From Tubulanus polymorphus (Eukaryota > Animalia > Nemertea): a DNA stretch of 64,000 nt. Position numbers and translations under genes: made by a program. Within the stretch, counting starts at the first letter, position 1; each line of letters opens with the position of its first letter. The notes below the pieces were generated by a model that saw only the letters and a list, made by a program, of their open reading frames with translations, searched no databases and was not told the origin of the DNA. The DNA lies in contig NC_134034.1 in NCBI RefSeq assembly GCF_964204645.1, positions 1,240,001 to 1,304,000 on the forward strand, given 5' to 3'. Positions 37,801-49,607 of this stretch are shown here, in pieces.

Positions 37801-40800
37801 CGACATCATTTCAAAGTGATTATTTTGATTCTGGGGCTGTGTTAGCTGAATTGTTGGTTATAGTTTAAACCAGTGGTTAGTTGACGCGGTGACAATTAAA
37901 GGTTTATTGTTACAGTGGTATTTATCCGCCGGTTATCTTCAAACCAACTTTTCAGCAACAGCAGTCCCTGATTTGTAGTGGTGAAATGGTATTTGTTTGT
38001 TTTGTCAGGAGGTTGAATGTCTGGCGAGTGACGGTCCGCTGGTTATTAGTTCATGTCTAGCTGGTCAGATACGTGTGTGGGACAATACATCAGGGGAATG
38101 CCTTACTGCTGTACATAGAAAAAGGTAGACCTAACCCCTCAACTGATTGGTTGATATTAACTGTATTCTGATTGGTTGATATTTACTATATTCTGATTGG
38201 TTGATATTTACTATATTCTGATTGGTTCATGTAAACTTTATTCTGATTGGTTCATGTAAACTATATTGTGATGGGTTGATATTTACTATATTCTGATTGG
38301 TTGATATTTACTATATTCTAATTGGTTGATGCAAACTTTATTCTGATTGGTTGATATTAACTATATTCTGATTGGTTGATATTTTTCCAGCGCGTCATTA
38401 GATTTGGCACGGTACCCGTGTTCGGGTCGCAATATGGACGACAGCGACGCCGACCTCTACGCCGAGTACCACGGCAACAATGACTACTACGCCGAGAAAA
38501 CAACGCCACCTAGTGATAACGATGATCAAACTAACAACAAAAACAAAATGGCCTCCGGGCGTAAAGGACATCGACGATTCGAATCGTGGCCGGATTTGAC
38601 GCCGATGATCGAAACAAACTTCACGGCATTGGCGCGTAATCGGCGCGACGTCTCGCCGCCATCGTCGCGGTGTAAATCAGTGCCACCAGGTGGCGACGAC
38701 AGAGACTCGACTGACTCATTCGATTTCGGAGCCGTTCGCGATTATTATCGCGAGCACCGGAATTCCGTCGAGGATCGGATGATTCGCCGGCAACATGAGG
38801 AGTTGCTACGGGAACGGTCAACAATGGAGACCGGTGTCGGCGGAGGCGGCGGAGGTCAAACAAATCAACCTCATTCACGCAGTCTCAGTTTCGGTAACAA
38901 ATAGAAAAAAAAAATGATTTCAATTTCGTAATTGAAGAAGAAAAAGATGAAGAAATGAATTTGAATTTTTTTTCTGATTTTTTAGGAGACCAGACGTCAA
39001 CGATTCACTACGATGCTACCGTTCATGAACAACACTTCCTCGGAGATCAAGCGCCACCTATCTGGTGTTTGACGTGTAAGGATAATCTGATTATAGCCGG
39101 CTGTAGCAACGGTCGCATCGAGGTGAGCAACATGTCTGCCTTCATTATTGCTCCTATGACATCATCAAATTGTTTACTAGTGATTTGATCTATAGCTAGA
39201 CACTTCTAGAAAAGATGTCTGCCTCCATAAATCACCCTATGACATCATCAAATTATCTACTAGTGATTTGGTCTATAGACACTTCTAGAAAAGATGTCTG
39301 CCTCCATAAATCAACCTATGACATCATCATATTGTCTACTAGTGATTTGATCTATAGAACCTTCTAGAAAAGATGTCTGCCCTGATGAATCCCCCTATGA
39401 CATCATCAAAATGTCTGTTAGCGATTTGATCTATAGGCATTTCTAGAAATCAACTACCAGTTATAGTCCGTCCAAAAAGAAAATATAGTTAAAAAACAAA
39501 TGTAGTAAATTATTTAATGATTGTTGTTATGTTGATAGTTCTGGGATGCGTTGACCGGAATGTTGAAGTGTATGTATAACAGTAACACGTCAGGAGCAGA
39601 CGGTGGAGTGAACGTCGCTGGAGTGAACGCTGGAGTCACCGGAATCTGTTTCATCTCCAATCGAGTAATCATCGCTCGTTTAAACGGAACAATCGATTTC
39701 CTCGAGTTAGAAACGTTCTGTACGACTCCGATTCCGGGAAATAATCCCACCGAAAAACCATCAAAATTACACAACCGCGGTATGTTCGATATCCTTCTTT
39801 TAGGGCTATCCCTGGTTTCAAATATCAGAGTTATCTATTGGGATAAATCCTTAACCTTGACCTGGTTTTATAGACTAGGTATCAAAGTGATCCCTAGGGA
39901 TAAATCCTTAACCTTGACCTGGTTTTATAGACTGGGTATCAAAGTTATCACTAGGGATAAATCCTTAACCTGGACCTGGTTTTATAGACTGGGTATCAAA
40001 GTTACCCCTAGGGATAAATCCTTAATGGGGACCTGGTTTTATAGACTGGGTATCAAAGTTTTCCCTAGGGATAAATCCTTAACCTGGACCTGGTTTTATA
40101 GTCTGGGTAGCAAAGTTATCCCTAGGGATAAATCCTTAGCCTGAGCCCGGTTTTATAGACTGGGTATCAAAGTTATCACTGGGGATTAATCCTTAACCTG
40201 GGCCTGGTTTTATAGACTCAGTATCAAAGTTATCCCTAGGGATAAATCCTTAACCTAGGCCTGGTTTTATAGACTGGGTACCAAAGTTACCCGTAGGGGT
40301 AAATCCTAAATCTACGGTTTAACTGGTTTACTCCCTCTCTCTAAATCCGATAAACCGTTTTAAATTGCAGGACATTTCCGAGCGGGCAGCGGTCACGTTC
40401 GTACCGGATCGGGCGTGTTCAACTGGAACGATATCATCCATTGTTCGTTAGTCGTATCAATCCGAGCTCATCAGCAGCCGATCAGTGTTATACTGAGCGA
40501 GGGAGGACGTGTTGTCTCAGCTAGTCACGATCATACTTTAAAGGTATAATTTCAACGTGCGGACCTGGGGCCGGTTGCATAGTCAAGGTCCAGTCTAAGA
40601 CCAACTTAATTCTATAGCCAATCTAACAACTTTAGACAAGTCTTAAAATTTAAGACCACTTTTGGACTTAAATCACGACTGTGCGACTGGTCCCTGGCTA
40701 CTATTTTAGAGTATTTTCTCGGGGAATCAGAAAAAAAACAAGAAAAAATCAGGGAATATGACAAATTTTACCACAAAACCTGGAAAGCTCGGGGAATTTG

Positions 40801-42906
40801 GATGTTGTTATTGACCACGCGTTTCTTGATCAGTAAGTGATTTACTGAAAAGTGAATGAATTGTAATTTCTCTGATTCACTCAAAGGGAATTTTGTGTAA
40901 TCACGCATGGGAAAATCAGGGAATACTCGGGGAATTTGTAAATGGGTGACAAGTGGCGAATCTGTTTTTTAGGACTCGACTTAGAAATCTTTCGTTGATC
41001 TTCAATTAAACCACAGTAATATTTATATCAAATTGTTGTCCTTTTTGATGCAAACTAAGACTGAGATATCGGGAAGTCTCTGGTGTGGTTAGTTTGGATT
41101 AGATGATATATATATATATATTTCAGGTGTATCGTTTTGAGGATATGTTGTGTTTGTTTACGTTACACGGACATGTCGGCAGCGTGACGGCCCTGTTCCT
41201 AGACAAGGCAAGTTTCAATGTATTTACACGTATCTTGTTGTAGACGTAAAGAGTGATGTCATAGGGGGAAATAAGGATTATCATAGCAACTGTGATATCA
41301 TAGAGGAAATCAATGATATCGTAGGGGGAATAACAAATATCAAATGGTTCAGCTACGGGTGATAAGTGATATAATAGGGGGAAATCAGTGATGTCATTGG
41401 GTGATACAAGTTACAATAAACATCTATTATTCTCCTGTAGGTGGCGCCGTTAGCTGCGGCGAGTGGCTGCGAGGATGGCTCCGTACGTCTGTGGGATCTA
41501 CTGACCGGAGCGTGTGTTCATAAACTCGACAGCCACCAGGGGGCGGTTACGGCAGTAACGTGTACTCCGATGTTCGTGATCAGCTCCGCGCAGGACGACC
41601 GTCTGTGTATCTGGGAGCGATGCCGCGGAACGCTGCTACATTCCATACGACTTGTAAGTTTAATACGACCCACTAGATGGCGCATTAATACACCTCACTT
41701 GCCACTAGTGGAATCCTCTATTGCTGCAGTAGTTGATGTCCTATTACACTCTAGCAACACCTGGTGGATCCTCACTGGCCACAAGTGGAATCCTCTATTG
41801 CTGCAGTAGTTGATGTCCTATTACACTCTAGCGACACCTGGTGGATCCTCACTGGCCACAAGTGGAATTCTCTATTGCTTCAGTAGTAGTTGATGTCCTA
41901 CTACACTCTAGCGACACCTGGTGGATCCTCACTTGCCACAAGTGGAATCATCTATTGCTGCAGTAGTTGATGTCCTACTGCACACTAGCGACACCTAGTG
42001 GAATCCTATATTGTTTTTCAATTGTGTATTTGTGTATATTTTCTAGGATCCTGGTTCGTGCAGTAGTTTAGCGATGCTCACTAGCAATCTGTTAGTCAGC
42101 TCAGGACAGGTAAGGCCGGGTTCTGAGAGTTTGTTAAGTGGACTCCTTCTCTAGACTTTGTGGAATATAGTAAACTCTTCGTTACAATGGGGTACCCGCA
42201 AAACCAGCTATCCTGCCAGATGGCGTGACGAGCAGTAGGTTGTTTGTTGTCAAAATTAGTTCATTTTCAATGAACTTTGAACTGAACTTTTAGACTTCCG
42301 AATCCATGTACTATCACAGGACCCACCAAATATGAAATACTTTGATTCTTCTACCCAGAAATCGGTTAAGTTTTCATAAATAATTGATTCATTTAAGAGA
42401 AAAGTTCATTCAGTTTGAATTGAAATGTAGAAGGCAATCGAATACGGACGACCAACGAACTACTAGCGACACCTGGTGGAATCCTCGATTGCCACAGTTG
42501 TAGCGGTGCCGGTACCCCATTGGCGCCGAATTGTTGAACTGTAAGATTATTAGGCTAAAAAAAATTGATGCCTTGCCGCTATAGAAATGAACTGTTTATA
42601 AATTTTATCATATTTTACAAAAATGACCTGGCCGCTGCGGAGAAACAAGGTATCATTTTTGTTTAGCCTTAGTTTCAGAGAAAGGACTGTTTTGGTGAAA
42701 TACGCGTTGTTTTGTTGTTTCAGGGTTGTATAATGTTATGGGATATAACGAAGGGCGAATTTCTACGCGTCGTTCCGCTCGGCAGCCACGACCAATCTAA
42801 TTTCGTTCGCCAATTAATAGTCGTCGATAATAGCACCGCCATCTGTGATTACGGCAATGAACTAAGAGTCGTACATTTTCCATCCGTGCTGGAGAAGGTG
42901 GACTAG
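22804..42906 (+). CDS. SCAP: SREBP cleavage-activating protein, 1383 aa, 23 coding exons
   Basis: Exons 22804-22916, 23406-23556, 23802-23965, 24087-24233, 24890-25084, 25560-25744, 26044-26170, 26709-26830, 26932-27026, 27225-27323, 27615-27773, 27856-28002, 28554-28846, 37263-37707, 38009-38124, 38391-38893, 38986-39122, 39539-39779, 40371-40543, 41127-41207, 41441-41653, 42047-42109, 42724-42906 (4152 nt). N-term [20 protein letters not shown]; sterol-sensing domain with YIYF and IDIRRMELSDL; WD40 repeats; C-term PSVLEKVD. Confidence 0.96.
22935..23392. repeat. ~74-79-bp satellite array filling a SCAP intron, with an inverted unit at the 5' end
   Basis: tgatgatgtcatagggggatttatggaggcagacatcttttctagaagtgtct units. 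Confidence 0.9.
24568..24826. mobile_element. piggyBac-type MITE, 259 bp
   Basis: TTAA-CCCTTTCAGTGC ... GCACTGAAAGGG-TTAA. Confidence 0.88.
26178..26686. repeat. ~79-bp satellite array filling a SCAP intron
   Basis: 6-7 tandem units. Confidence 0.92.
27371..27546. mobile_element. Small MITE, TIR CAGGGGCGGA / TCTGCCCCTG
   Basis: Terminal inverted match; no matching TSD seen. Confidence 0.5.
28030..28405. repeat. Two-unit ~200-bp repeat, same family as 9395-9765
   Basis: gttctggatctg...cattgattcaatgagatatcttatagaatcaatgttgaccgaa shared. Confidence 0.8.
28871..29650. repeat. ~107-bp MITE (28871-28977) followed by a 47/44-bp satellite built from its end
   Basis: ggacccagatccacag...ctgtggaactgggtcc TIR pair, then ctggatcccgagttcagggttaactctaactcacaaccgctgtccaa units; a solo MITE lies at 57722-57832. 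Confidence 0.8.
29737..30392 (-). CDS. Nested MS4A/CD20-like four-TM protein, exon A (terminal exon; no own start exon found)
   Basis: 217-aa ORF with 4 hydrophobic helices, CFWEIP before TM2, GCGATCC after TM4; acceptor ttgaacag directly upstream; AATAAA at 29666-29671. Confidence 0.8.
30855..31074. mobile_element. piggyBac-type MITE copy (left end truncated)
   Basis: Internal sequence matches 24568-24826; ends gcagagaaaggg-ttaa. Confidence 0.75.
31132..33089 (-). CDS. Nested MS4A/CD20-like four-TM protein, gene B (exons 33089-33077 and 31787-31132; [12 protein letters not shown]..., 222 aa)
   Basis: ATG CTG AAT CAA G|gtacag joins in frame to aacag|GG ATG GAT; AATAAA at 30738-30743. Confidence 0.82.
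32283..33073 (+). mobile_element. Internally deleted pogo/Tigger (Tc1/mariner) element, 791 bp
   Basis: TA-CAGTCAGCCCGCTTTATTCCGATC ... GATCCGAATAAAGCGGGTTTGACTG-TA; internal ORF 32645-32914 ends in KQTLISAFF, a PIP-box typical of pogo/Tigger transposase C-termini. Confidence 0.8.
34018..34300. mobile_element. piggyBac-type MITE copy (degenerate ends)
   Basis: Internal match to 24568-24826; ends gcactgaaactgg-ttaa. Confidence 0.75.
34332..35434 (-). CDS. Nested MS4A/CD20-like four-TM protein, gene C (exons 35434-35422 and 34960-34332; [12 protein letters not shown]..., 213 aa)
   Basis: ATG CTG AAT CAA G|gtactg joins to aacag|AG ATG; in-frame deletion at the end of TM3 relative to B; AATAAA at 33880-33885. 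Confidence 0.78.
36010..37215. repeat. 20-bp minisatellite, ~60 copies (gaactgtggatctgagtcca variants)
   Basis: Direct reading; source of the 336-aa pseudo-ORF. Confidence 0.97.
37831..37970. mobile_element. Small MITE (ctggggctg...cagtccctg); partial copy at 3170-3285
   Basis: Shared core ttgttac(a/t)(g/a)tggtatttatccgcc(g/a)gttatctt and terminal inverted match. Confidence 0.6.
38145..38385. repeat. 25-bp minisatellite (ttctgattggttgatatttactata) filling a SCAP intron
   Basis: ~9-10 tandem units. Confidence 0.9.
39130..39448. repeat. ~79-bp satellite array
   Basis: 4 units directly after the donor at 39123. Confidence 0.9.
39830..40300. repeat. 60-bp satellite, ~8 units
   Basis: gggataaatccttaacctggacctggttttatagactgggtatcaaagttatccctag units. 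Confidence 0.92.
40568..40693. mobile_element. Solo Harbinger-like MITE with CTG TSD
   Basis: ctg-GGGCCGGTTGCA...TGCGACTGGTCC-ctg; monomer of the 16647-17575 array. Confidence 0.8.
41208..41440 (+). other. Non-canonical GC-AG intron in SCAP
   Basis: AAG|GCAAGT donor; the frame closes ...TALFLDK|VAPLAAASG... in a WD40 repeat. Confidence 0.85.
41690..42010. repeat. 77-bp satellite, ~4 units, each containing a CTCF-like motif
   Basis: ctagcgacacctggtggatcctcacttgccacaagtggaatcctctattgctgcagtagttgatgtcctactacact. Confidence 0.9.
42185..42522. mobile_element. Putative MITE, TIR CAATGGGGTACC
   Basis: 12-bp perfect inverted termini; no TSD recognised. Confidence 0.5.
42552..42668. mobile_element. 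Harbinger-like MITE (AGGCTAAAAAAAATTGAT termini); longer copy 60826-61053, degenerate copy ~55430-55630
   Basis: Shared core gccgctatagaaatgaactgttta...gaaacaaggtatcatttttgtttagcctta. Confidence 0.7.
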
Positions 42907-43401
42907 CAGCCGATGGACTAGTGACAGACATTTGGCCTCCCGAACAAACTGAACAATGATTAGCTTTCTGCAATATGAGTCAGTTGTGCTAAAAATTTGA
43001 GAGTTAACCATTGGATAAAAACTACTCCTCCTTGGCCCCCTTCCTTAGCCTGGTGCCACCCCTCCTCTTCCCGGATCCACCCCTCCTCGCAGCCTGAAGC
43101 CACCCTCTCTTCAGCCCAGAACCACTCCCCTCGAGGCTGGAGCCACCCTCCTGCCTGGAGCCACCCCTCATCAGGTTGGTGCTACTCTCCCAGCCAGGAG
43201 CCACCTCTCCTCATTCTGGAATATCCCCTGGGATGTCAGTTTTCTGATGGTTAACGTATGAGCAACAGATTAACTTCAATACTGTTGATTTTCTAAAGAA
43301 ATGAATGACAAATTGTTTAAAAGTTTAATCACAGTCCATTCAAAATTCTGGTCAGTGATTTTGAAAAATTTCTTAAGCGAGCGAATTCAATGCTTTAATT
43401 A

Positions 43402-43660
43402 ATTACCGGTAGCCCGGTATATTATTACCGGTAGCCCGGTATATTATTACCGGTAGCCCGGTATATTATTACCGGTAGCCCGGTATATTATTACCGGTAG
43501 CCTGGTATATTATCACCGGTAGCCCGGTATATTATTACCGGTAGCCCGGTATATTATCACCGGTAGCCCGGTATATTATTACCGGTAGCCCGGTATATTA
43601 TTACCGGTAGCCCGGTATATTATTACCGGTAGCCCGGTATATTATCACCGGTAGCCCGGT
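43402..43660. repeat. 21-bp minisatellite (ttaccggtagcccggtatatt), ~12 copies, in the probable SCAP 3' UTR; (ATT)n follows at 43745-43813
   Basis: Direct reading; AATAAA at 43869. Confidence 0.95.
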
Positions 43661-43745
43661 GTTCAAAACCCTGAAATACTGTTTTACTTGTAATGTATAT
43701 TTATGTATTTTTGATGTACTATATTTTTCTATTAAAATGGCATTA

Positions 43746-43813
<68 letters not shown>

Positions 43814-44892
43814 CAATATTATGTGACCATTGTAAAAAAAAAACAAACTACCAGATATGTCTGTAAACAAATAAAATTTGATCTCAAAGATTTTGCTTAG
43901 AAAAGAACTGGTGTTAAATTTTTGTTCGTGATTTTGCAGTTAGCGCGTTTTGTGGGGTACAAGCAGCATGTATGGGTCGCTCGTGTGTCTTCTGTAACCC
44001 GTCATTATTTTGTAATGGCGGCAAAGCGCATCGAAGTGGATATAACTCAGTTTGGTGACAATTGTATCTATCATTTTCCTGGAGCCTTTGAAAAATTTAT
44101 AAATTCACTCTTTCTGGAAATGATTAGTGATTAATCGGATTACATCAGTTTCAGTAGTTTTACAAGAATTTAGCCTGACTCGATCCGCCGCGTGTTTCAA
44201 ATCTTTACCGTCAGGTGCTGCCGCTATATACATAACTAGCGGCAAAACTGTAAACTAACTAGGCATGCACGGTATGCTTACTGTGGTAAGCGAGTAACAG
44301 GTTAGTTCACATATTCACCGTTAACGATATGTATAGGGGCAGCAGTTGACGGTTAAAATTTCGCACGGACGATTCCCACTGTGGCATGCGAATAATGCAG
44401 ACGAATTCAAAACTGATCCAAATGTCATTCATCAAACTGCGCCAATTGTATGATCTACATCGAGGCTCAAACTTTATATTGAAAATAGATTTATTCTTTT
44501 GCGTGATTTTTAGTAAATTTTTCAAGGAAATTCTTTGTGCCGCGCAGCAGGGGTGGCAACGAATTTTCTGCGGGCCCTTTTAGTGAAATTAATACGAAAG
44601 CAAATTTTTTTTCAGGGCACTTTTCCCCACCCACTAGTTGAGAAGCTGTCCGCAATACAAGATTCAGTTTGCTGTACTTTGCGTCAGGCAACTACCAAAT
44701 ACTTTCTATATATGAGTGCCGAACGCGATACGAAGACATTAGATCCATCCCGCCTCCCTTTTCAAATTCACAGGTTCATTGAGCGCTATCTATAACAATC
44801 TATAACATTAGCAACCAGGAAGCTTTGCTTTCATATTCGTATTTCATCAAGCATCCTTTCACACATGTGAGATCAGTGAGCGACTGAAGAAA

Positions 44893-47757
44893 ATGTCCGC
44901 GTCTAAACTTCTAATTCTCGTGGTTGCGATACTGCTTTGCCGCTATGGTGCCATATCGGAAATTATTGATGAAATCGACAGAACGCCGTGGAGTTCAGAA
45001 AGTAACTTACTAGATTATGAGAAATACCGGTCACTCGGCGGTAGTATGATGCTGTATTCTGGAATAGTCGACGATAAGCGGCGTCCAAACCGACGCGACG
45101 ATATCCTCAGCAGACGCTCTTACTACGGTTGCCCGTCGGTGTGTCGCTGTTATTATCAACGGGGGTAAGTTTGATATCTACTGCTGGGGCGGATTCATAT
45201 CTAAAATTGGAGGCTGGGGTCAAATTGAAAAGCTAAGACAAAGCGGTGTCAAGTGCGGGAGATATCACCCACGACTACACGCGATTAGAAGCGTTTTCAG
45301 AGAGAATGAGCGATCACTGTCTGGACAACCGGCAAATTCAATTAGAGAGAAACGGGCCCGAAACCCCGAACTCGCCCCATCCCTTGTACGTATATTAATG
45401 CTATGACATTTTATTTGATTTTAAAGAAACTTTCTTTTCGCAACATTTGCACCTGAACATATATTTTCAGACATGGTATCGCTAACTGCAGGAATAAAGG
45501 ACTCACGAAGTTCCCCAGAATAAAGAATTACATAAACATTCTTGACTTGTCGCAGAATAGGATAAAGAGTATAAAACCGTTCCGTCGATTGCCGAGATTG
45601 GAACGACTAGGATTCCGGGAAAACGCACTGAGTTCACTGGTGGGACACAAATCACTTCATTATCTACCGAATCTGACACATCTCGATGTTTCATGTAATC
45701 CAGTACAGTCTATTGACAAACAAGCTTTCATGAAGAATGAGTATCTGAAAAGGTTCGCTTACAATTTTATTCTGCTCAACAAGCCTCCAGCATTATCGAT
45801 AAGAAAAGTGTGTAATTCAAAGCACACTGTCGAAGATATTCACAATTTATTTCATTCTTTGCAAAATTGTGCTTTCTTAGAACTTTTATATTTACGAGGT
45901 GCGTGGCTGCTTGAAGCAATTTCGTTGACTACATCAATATTGAAATATTTACCTGTACAGAATTTGAAGTTTTTAAGCCTAATGTGTAATCGAATACCCG
46001 AAATAGATATAGGATTTTTCCATGGGTTTAAAAGTTTGGACATCCTGGAAATGTCATTTTGCAAAACGAATTTTCGAAAGCAACAATTCAAAGGACTCGT
46101 TAAACTTCAGACAATATTCTTGCCACTGAACAACATCCATAATTTGAATCTCACGGAATTCCTTATTTCCAGCCCAAAACTAAACATATTTAACGCATTA
46201 AATTCACCAGGTTTAACTTGCTTCGATAGTCGCACATCATTTCCCAAAAATAACAGACTAACAAAATTACTAATCTCATGTATCATTGGACTGGTTCCCG
46301 GTGAATCACCGTGTGGGGACCATGGTGTTCCCCTCGAGAAAAATTTCTATTTGAGGGAGGACATAAAAAACCTGCGGAATTTGCAAACCTTAGTGATTAA
46401 ATTAAATAGTCCTTTCGTATTCCTATGCCTGAAGTCGTTCGATCTGTTACCCGAATCTATGCATTATATCGGAATAGACAATCTTGCAGGACCGTTTAAT
46501 TATTATCTAAACAAACGATTGCTTCATAACGCGTGCGAAAGCCTTATGTGGAATAAGACGTTTTATAGACTAACTTGGTTAGTCCTTACTGGGACGATTA
46601 TTGGCAGCTGTCCTAGTCATGTACTCCGTCATATCCTGACTAGAGTTCCTTCACTAGAAACACTCGATCTCTCCAGTAATGGAATTAGACATTTGGATAG
46701 AAACACGTTTGAAGCAACACCTAGATTAAAGAACTTGAGGTTGAAGTATAACAGACTGTCCACGATTCAACCAGGTCTGTTAAAACCATTAACGAACCTA
46801 CGCGTTTTGAATTTAGCATCGAATCAACTGAAAACGTTCGATCCTGATGAAATCATGAATTTAAAACATTTTAGATCCATTTTTCTTCTCGATAATACAT
46901 TTGAATGCGATTGTCAACTGAGAAAATTGCGCAATCGGCTAAAAGAGTTAAGTAGTCATAGAACTAGGAAGCATTACTTATACGACTTTAGGGCAGAAGC
47001 CGAACACAATGTAACCACGCTCAAACTCCTTTGTACTTCACCAAGAAAACTATCCGGAGTTCCTATCGCAAACTTTCATTTACATTGGATAGAATGTGAC
47101 AACCACAAAGATATAATCATTTCTCTTTCGACTATTTGCGTCACTGCTATTATTATGGCTATTGGGAGAATTGTTGCCAAAAAGAAATGGCAAATTTACT
47201 ATTGGTGGATGGTAAAAATCAATCGATTTCTACCGAAACTATTACGTATAGCGACGGTAAGCCGTTCTGATGGTATGAAATTTGACGGATTTCTGAGTCA
47301 TAGCATGGAAGACCTTCAATTTGTCTATTTGGATTTCATACCCGAAATAGAAAAATCCAAAGATTTCGCTTCGAAGTTTTGCATCGAGTTTCGAGACTTT
47401 ACAATCGGTGCCTACATACAACAGAACAATATCGACGCTATTTACGGGTCTCGGTGGGTCGTGTTTTTGATGACCGAATCATTCATCGAGGAAAGATGGA
47501 CGGAATTTGTAATAAGCATGGCGGCAAACCGGTGCGTCGAGGAGGGCAATAACATCATACTCGTGCTCGATATCGATCATATACCCGAATCGCGCATGCC
47601 CGAATCCTTGCGGACGATCATTTCAAATGTTGTTTACATGAAATACCCGCGAGACGATAAAGCCCGTTCTACGTTTTGGAAAAAGGTTCGCCTTACCCTG
47701 ATCGGTAAACAGAAAAAATTCATACAGCCAGCTAATATGTATCGATCTAACCGCTAA
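44893..47757 (+). CDS. Toll-like receptor (single cysteine cluster type), 852 aa, 2 exons
   Basis: Exons 44893-45164 and 45471-47757 (2559 nt). Signal peptide, LRRNT CPSVCRC...C, LRRs (LETLDLSSNGI, LKNLRLKYNRL, LRVLNLASNQL), LRRCT NTFECDC...CTSP...C, TM, TIR (FDGFLSHS, CIEFRDF, FW). Confidence 0.93.
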
Positions 47758-49607
47758 TCTATTAACATCCAGTACAGCCCCTAATCTTAACATTTGTACA
47801 TAGCGGTGAATTTGGTAACAACTGTAAGCCACCTCATCTCCTCGGCCCCCCTCGTCAACACTTCACCAGGTGACCTGTCTACAGCACCCAGGGCCTGACC
47901 CCAAACCACCTTGCATCGAAAATCAGATCGTCCCAAATTTCCATTGGCAATGATGTAACTTTAACTCCGAGTCGTATCACATTGATATTCATATTTTGCG
48001 AAAAAAATATAATCAAGGAAGTTGAAATTCATAATTCAAAATCAGGAATGTAGATAATTCTATAATATCCCTGTATATTGTGTTTGTTTATTGGTGATCA
48101 TGTGGTATATTGATTGAACTAATGTATAATTGACAAATTACTTTATAAAGCGGAAAGATGAAGTTTATCTACAATGAATTGGTATTGAATTTCGCTCCGA
48201 TAATGGCGCGTGTCATTTGTATATATTGTATTTGCACTTCAAAAGAAATTGAAATATCCACTGAAAAGCATGAATTCAATCGCGTATTGACGCAATTCTA
48301 AACATACAGAGTTCATGCCATTATGATTGGAGTTGGAAGAGTATAATGCGATATTTATTTTCACGTATGACCGTAAGATGAAAATATATAATCGGCTATA
48401 ATCTTTGTATGTACCCCTTGAAGTGCGTTGGATAAAAGATTAAGTTATAAGTAAGCAAAGGAATATTTGATTTGACATTTAGTCTTCGCGCTCAATCAAG
48501 AATCTGATTCCTCCAGTTATCTGCTAGTATGGTCGGCTCTTGGGGTTACGCTGTATCTGGATAAAGGATTATAGTATGTAATCCAAGGAATATTTGATTT
48601 GTCATTTTGTCCAGATTCATAGCTTCATTAGAAGGATTCATGCTCTATTCAAAATTTTTTACTGTTACACATTAATTTTGTGTGTTAGATATATATATTC
48701 AAGCTACGAGCAATTATCTAAATTGCTCGTAGATTCAAGTTTATTCAGAGTGGTATTGATTTGTATTTAAAAATCCTTCTAGATAAACTATTAGTATAGC
48801 CCCGCCCTCTGCTTTGTATATAGATAATAGGTTAATAAGTTACGAAATTGTCATTTTGTACACGAGGAAAAATAAATCAAGAAATTTAACTGTAGTTGAA
48901 ATGAGTGTTTGAACATTGATTCTGCGTGTTGTATATATTCAAGTTCTATAATTGAAAATGATTATTTTTAAGTGTGACATAAAGGTGAATTATGAGTTAG
49001 ATATGTTAAAGTTTATTGAAAGTGATATCATCTTGTATATAATAATTATCCGGGTATAAACTAGTAGGTCCGCTCTTGGAGTGGTTTGTGTAAGGGATCA
49101 AGGCATGTAAACCAAGTGATATTTGATTTGCCATTTTGTTCACGTTTATTCTAGTAAAAATAAATCTTACCGTTGAAATTAGTGTTTGTGCAATTTGCTT
49201 TTGGTGTAAACTTTATGTCAAATGCCAAGTATAAGTCTATAAGGGAGGGAGGGGAGGGGGAGGAGGAGGGGGGGATTACACTTTTCCCGTGGAATTTGCG
49301 ATCGTTCTGGATTCCTGTTTTACTCATATTATTTTTCATCACAGTTTTCGGCGTACTTTGTTTTAATTCCATTACTTTTTTCCATTACTCCGAACCGCAC
49401 ACAAAGATCGAAGATGATTTCGGCATTGTTCTATGGCGCCGAGCTTCAGCCGAGTCTAACCACGTGGGTTAAAATGGGCTCGCGACATCAATGCTGGCAC
49501 TCAATCTCACCATGTTGACATCGCACGCGCGCGCGAGGTCTTATCAGTAAGAGTTCGAAGACTGAGTGAGTTAACGCAGTCTATACTGCGAGAGTCGCTC
49601 CGTCATC

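Noticed and set aside
43008-43250. TTAA-flanked C-rich element / 85-aa ORF in the SCAP 3' region
   Set aside because: Inverted termini are short and imperfect; ORF is low complexity; evidence insufficient.
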